DNA of 64,000 nt. It comes from Heptranchias perlo. Its lineage: Eukaryota. The notes beneath the pieces are model-generated. The model saw only the letters and a list, made by a program, of their open reading frames with translations. It made no database searches and was not told the origin of the DNA. Positions 62,101 to 64,000 of the stretch are shown here, piece after piece. Both the position numbers and the translations under genes were made by a program. Positions within the stretch are counted from its first letter, which is position 1; the number at the start of each line of letters is the position of its first letter. The DNA lies in the NCBI RefSeq assembly GCF_035084215.1, contig NC_090338.1, positions 15,314,001 to 15,378,000 of the forward strand. The letters are read 5' to 3'.

Positions 62101-63653
62101 TCCCATTACAATCCCAAGAATCTGGCAAGTGTCCTTGATTGTGGAGTTGGTTAAATTCCATGTGGCAAAAAATAAAGGCTCTACATGTCCTTACGACTCC
62201 TGGTCTACAGGGGGCAGTATCGGGGTGGACAGGAGTGAGCCGAAGAGAAATTGGGGAAGGATACGTTTATGTCGGGACTCCACCCCATTTGTCCTTGACG
62301 GGGTTCCTTGAGGTGGGAGGAGATCAGGTGGTTCCTGCTTCCCGACCTCCTCTTGTCTAAAAACACACCGTGACAAAGATAAACCAACTCTTGGAACCTG
62401 ACTTACAGCCTCTTTCCACCAGGTGCTTCGCCTTAGCTGTGAAAGATGACAACAACAACTTGCTTTTATATCCTGCTTTTCATGTAATAAAACTGCCCAA
62501 GTTGCTTCACAGGAGCGTAATCAAACAAAATTTGACACCGAGCCACATAAGGAGAAATTAGAACAGGTGACCAAGAGCATGATCACAGGGGTAGGTTTCA
62601 AGGAGCATCTTAAGGAAAAGAGCGGTAGAGAGGTGGAGAGGCTTAGGAAGGGAATTCCAGATCTTAGGGACTAGGCGGCTGGAGGCACAGCCACCAATGG
62701 TGGAGAGATTGAAATCCGGGATGCGCAAGAGGGCAGAATTGGAGGACCGCTGAGATCTCGGAGGGCTGTAGGGCTGGAGGAGGTTACAGAGATAGGGAGG
62801 TAACAAATGTCGCTGTGAAAGTGAGAAAGGCACTTAATGTTTGTGCATTCAGATACTTCGAGGGGACCTCTGATGACATTAGTTACATCATTCAGTCAGC
62901 AGTTAATCACTACCGTTCCCTGGACTGCATTTCCACCTTCGAATCATCATCTATCCTTCATTTCAAGGGTAACAGTAAACAAATAAAATACTCATTATAA
63001 CCAAATATTTTATCTACAATTTCATAAGGGAAGTTATCTAAAGCAGTAAAACCCATATATCTGTGAGTCTTGATTAAATAGCAACTCACATCACAAATAC
63101 CAAAAATAAAATAAGAACATAAGAACATAAGAAATAGGACAGGAGTAGGCCAATCGGCCCCTCGAGCCTGCTCCGCCATTCAATAAGATCATGACTGATC
63201 TGATCCTAACCTCAAATCTAAATTCATGTCCAATTTCCTGCCCGCTCCCCGTAACCCCTAATTCCCTTTACTTCTAGGAAACTGTCTATTTCTGTTTTAA
63301 ATTTATTTAATGATGTAGAATTGGCTCCATGCACACTGTATTCACTGTAAAGTTTAAACACAAAGTTTGGACACTAAACCAGATGTAACCAGATGACAGA
63401 TGAATGGATAAACAGAGTGATAGATGGATCGGGGAAAGGAGTTGAAGAGCGAACTTACTCATCCTGTTTAAAGGAGCAGGAACATGAAAATAAAGACCTT
63501 ACTTGCTTTCTGAATAGTCAGTGCGTGATTTCATTAAACACGATGATAAAGTCAAACAATATGAATGTGATTGGTGGAAAAAAGGCACTTACTCTGAGTA
63601 AAAACAGACCGAAGTAGAAACACAAAGAAACTTAACATCAAACCAGCTGACAT
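32086..63653 (-). CDS. Multi-exon Ig-superfamily type I receptor, 4 Ig domains (V-C2-V-C2), CD4/LAG-3-like ectodomain layout with ITIM-bearing tail. Exons: 63653-63593, 61048-60707, 59380-59117, 55832-55479, 55403-55134, 47503-47396, 42850-42752, 41153-41097 and/or 40106-40050, 32341-32298, 32157-32086
   Basis: Manually assembled. Every exon is bounded by AG/GT; all introns are phase 1 except the last (phase 0); there is no internal stop. CDS is 1671 nt (556 aa) with one ITIM exon or 1728 nt (575 aa) with both. Family assignment comes from domain layout only. Confidence 0.88.
32298..32341 (-). CDS. Cytoplasmic exon [15 protein letters not shown]
   Basis: aattatcacag|GG...GATACT|gtaagt, 44 nt, phase 1-0. 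Confidence 0.8.
33680..35068 (-). mobile_element. 5'-truncated CR1-like LINE with short inverted duplication at its 5' end
   Basis: [16 protein letters not shown]; (aacataga)n tail; 35012-35068 is the near reverse complement of 34939-34994. Confidence 0.9.
35245..35609 (+). mobile_element. 3' end of the poly(A)-tailed CR1/L2-group LINE family
   Basis: Matches 39150-39507 and 54385-54739; ends aataaaaaaa. Confidence 0.85.
36500..39679 (-). mobile_element. PIF/Harbinger element with degenerate HARBI1-like DDE transposase (~36500-37540), interrupted by a LINE
   Basis: [50 protein letters not shown], then LGDMEYPL in another frame; first catalytic Asp reads Asn; terminus AAAATCATGCCC at 39679. 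Confidence 0.85.
37961..39507 (+). mobile_element. 5'-truncated poly(A)-tailed CR1/L2-group LINE (RT domain)
   Basis: [35 protein letters not shown]; A-tail at ~39497-39507. Confidence 0.92.
40050..40106 (-). CDS. Cytoplasmic ITIM exon, copy 2 (identical to 41097-41153)
   Basis: Same 57 nt and same splice sites, 1047 bp from copy 1. Confidence 0.75.
41097..41153 (-). CDS. Cytoplasmic ITIM exon, copy 1: [19 protein letters not shown]
   Basis: cttattctctgcag|AC...GCACCAG|gtaatg, 57 nt, phase 1-1. IHYASV fits ITIM (I/V/L/S)xYxx(L/V/I). Confidence 0.82.
41782..42740 (+). mobile_element. PIF/Harbinger 5' portion with transposase N-terminus, truncated; partial copies at 40514-40992 and 39687-39945
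   Basis: Starts GGGCTCGATTTT like 4904; ORF 42306-42782 [31 protein letters not shown]. Confidence 0.88.
42752..42850 (-). CDS. Cytoplasmic exon 1 [33 protein letters not shown]
   Basis: tatgaacag|GT...ATGCAAG|gtaaca, 99 nt, phase 1-1, open. Contains YSN. The polypyrimidine tract is weak. Confidence 0.75.
43070..43420 (+). mobile_element. Deu-domain SINE-like element (SacSINE1/AmnSINE1 type); a degraded minus-strand copy lies at ~41220-41570
   Basis: GCTGATACTTTAGTGCAATACTGAGGGAGTGCTGCACTGTCAGAGGTG resembles the Deu core as recalled; B-box-like GGATTCAAGCCC upstream. Confidence 0.6.
43430..43790 (+). mobile_element. SINE-like non-autonomous element sharing internal and 3' sequence with the poly(A) LINE family
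   Basis: B-box-like GAGTTCAAATCC (~43476); 43673-43730 matches 52683-52739; 3' AGGGATGGGCAATAAATGC..CCACATCC matches the LINE tail. Confidence 0.7.
44775..46170 (-). mobile_element. 5'-truncated CR1-like LINE
   Basis: [21 protein letters not shown]; (catagaat)n tail. Confidence 0.9.
46170..47146. mobile_element. Two L2-like 3' fragments in opposite orientation (46170-46850 -, 46855-47146 +)
   Basis: [41 protein letters not shown]; (ttg)n tail at 47130-47146. Confidence 0.8.
47396..47503 (-). CDS. Transmembrane exon [36 protein letters not shown]
   Basis: attcttctgacag|AT...GCAGCAG|gtaaga, 108 nt, phase 1-1. About 21 hydrophobic residues with no charged residue, then Cys and a basic stop-transfer RKFK. 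Not in the ORF track. Confidence 0.9.
47911..49774. mobile_element. MITE with ~40-bp TIRs split by a LINE insertion
   Basis: Left GGGGTAGATCTTGACTTTGTGCGATAGTGTAAAA; right TTTTACACTGTTGCACAAAGTCAAGATCTATCCC resumes at 49741. Confidence 0.8.
48004..49740 (-). mobile_element. 5'-truncated poly(A)-tailed CR1/L2-group LINE (RT + 3' end)
   Basis: ORF 48795-49739 with RT motifs (FADD reads FAND); T-run tail at ~48004-48022. Confidence 0.93.
50430..51620. mobile_element. Fragmented CR1-like (+, ~50430-50810) and L2-like (-, ~51040-51620) remnants
   Basis: Similarity to intact family members in this window; (atgatact)n and (aac)n tails. Confidence 0.7.
52683..54739 (+). mobile_element. Poly(A)-tailed CR1/L2-group LINE with 5' region, APE endonuclease and 3' end but RT deleted
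   Basis: [27 protein letters not shown]; junction at ~54080 joins pre-RT to post-RT sequence relative to 48004-49740. Confidence 0.9.
55134..55403 (-). CDS. Ig domain 4 exon (short C2-like, WxC in F strand)
   Basis: tttacacag|TC...CCCAGTG|gtaagt, 270 nt, phase 1-1, after a 75-bp intron. [21 protein letters not shown]. Confidence 0.93.
55479..55832 (-). CDS. Ig domain 3 exon (V-set)
   Basis: tctattgcag|AT...GTTAAAG|gtagga, 354 nt, phase 1-1. [29 protein letters not shown]. Confidence 0.93.
56210..57320 (-). mobile_element. L2-like LINE 3' portion with (aac)n tail
   Basis: [39 protein letters not shown]; (aac)n at ~56211-56237. Confidence 0.85.
57325..57830 (+). mobile_element. Internal fragment of the poly(A) LINE family
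   Basis: [23 protein letters not shown]. Confidence 0.85.
57830..58880 (-). mobile_element. Old, highly degraded CR1-like fragment
   Basis: Recognisable residual similarity to CR1 ORF2 3' half (ccaaaatgcattaccacacacttctc, gcatccaaagcaaattttga). Confidence 0.6.
59117..59380 (-). CDS. Ig domain 2 exon (short C2/I-like)
   Basis: gtttttcacag|TT...ACCCAAT|gtaagt, 264 nt, phase 1-1. [30 protein letters not shown]. Confidence 0.92.
60707..61048 (-). CDS. Ig domain 1 exon (V-like, no cysteines)
   Basis: ctttctaacag|GA...GTCAAAT|gtgagt, 342 nt, phase 1-1. DVSLKG (B strand), VVWEWK (C strand), [18 protein letters not shown] (E-F strands), YEIFGVK (G strand). Confidence 0.85.
62450..62800 (-). mobile_element. 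L2-like 3' fragment
   Basis: [16 protein letters not shown]; (aac)n tail. Confidence 0.8.
63115..63318 (-). mobile_element. CR1-like 3' tail, near-identical to 1410-1610
   Basis: Direct sequence match including (aacataag)n. Confidence 0.9.
63593..63653 (-). CDS. Leader exon (signal peptide) [20 protein letters not shown]
   Basis: Minus strand reads ttttctgcag|caaaATG...ACTCAGA|gtaagtg. Hydrophobic 20-aa leader ending in phase 1. The acceptor just upstream (exon start 63657) implies an additional 5'UTR exon, possibly beyond the window. Confidence 0.8.
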
Positions 63654-64000
63654 TTTGCTGCAGAAAAATTGTCGATTCTTTTTGCGGATTGAGTCTCTCT
63701 GCCTGTAAGAAATATACATATAGTTATATAGATATATATAATTTTACCAGAAAACCACTCGAAGTAAAACTGAGGCACTTGTACTTCACTTCTCCACCAT
63801 AATTTTAACATACACATGAATGAATGTCAAATGAAACTGATCAGATAACGTATGAATTTTATATGCCTGAGGGTATGAATGAACAGCAATTAATGTTTTC
63901 TTGTTCACTGCTGCTCCATTTATTGATCATGTCTATATAATAACATGCTTTCAATGGCATTATCATCACCAAATCCCACACCATCAACATCCTAGAGGTC

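Noticed and set aside
63459-63509. Possible micro-exons after the leader (7 nt at 63503-63509, 5 nt at 63459-63463, or 39 nt at 63459-63497), each with a strong gtaag donor
   Set aside because: The 7+5 nt pair keeps frame but needs a 39-bp intron. The 39-nt version is open but has a poor AAG acceptor. Neither is needed for the frame; unresolved without RNA data.
32086-63653. Assigning the gene symbol CD4 or LAG3
   Set aside because: The tail lacks Cx(C/H) and (F/Y)xxL(D/E), D1 is on a single exon, and no synteny is visible; only the layout is similar.

Overview
Repeat-dense vertebrate genomic DNA. The mix of CR1-like, L2-like, Penelope, PIF/Harbinger and Deu-type SINE repeats points to a cartilaginous fish (shark/ray); this is inference and the species cannot be named. 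Nearly all long ORFs in the track are transposon debris. The one host gene I could reconstruct lies on the minus strand from 63653 to 32086. It has 10 coding exons (11 with a duplicated one), all GT-AG and phase-compatible, and encodes a ~556-aa (575 aa with the duplicated exon) type I membrane receptor: signal peptide, four Ig domains in V-C2-V-C2 order (CD4/LAG-3-like layout, WxC in D4, D1 with no cysteine), a TM helix, and a tail with a YxN motif and ITIM-type motifs (IHYASV, VIYAQI) but no CD4 Cx(C/H) or LAG-3 FxxL motif. The 57-nt ITIM exon is present twice, identical, inside a Harbinger-bounded tandem duplication. Other points of interest: a TSD-flanked tandem-plus-inverted Penelope element with two minimal hammerhead-like motifs; a pair of hairpins sharing an 18-nt apical motif but with unrelated stems just downstream of the gene; a probable solo LTR spanning a 154-N gap; and several cleanly nested insertions. 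All coordinates and translations were read by eye and no database search was run.
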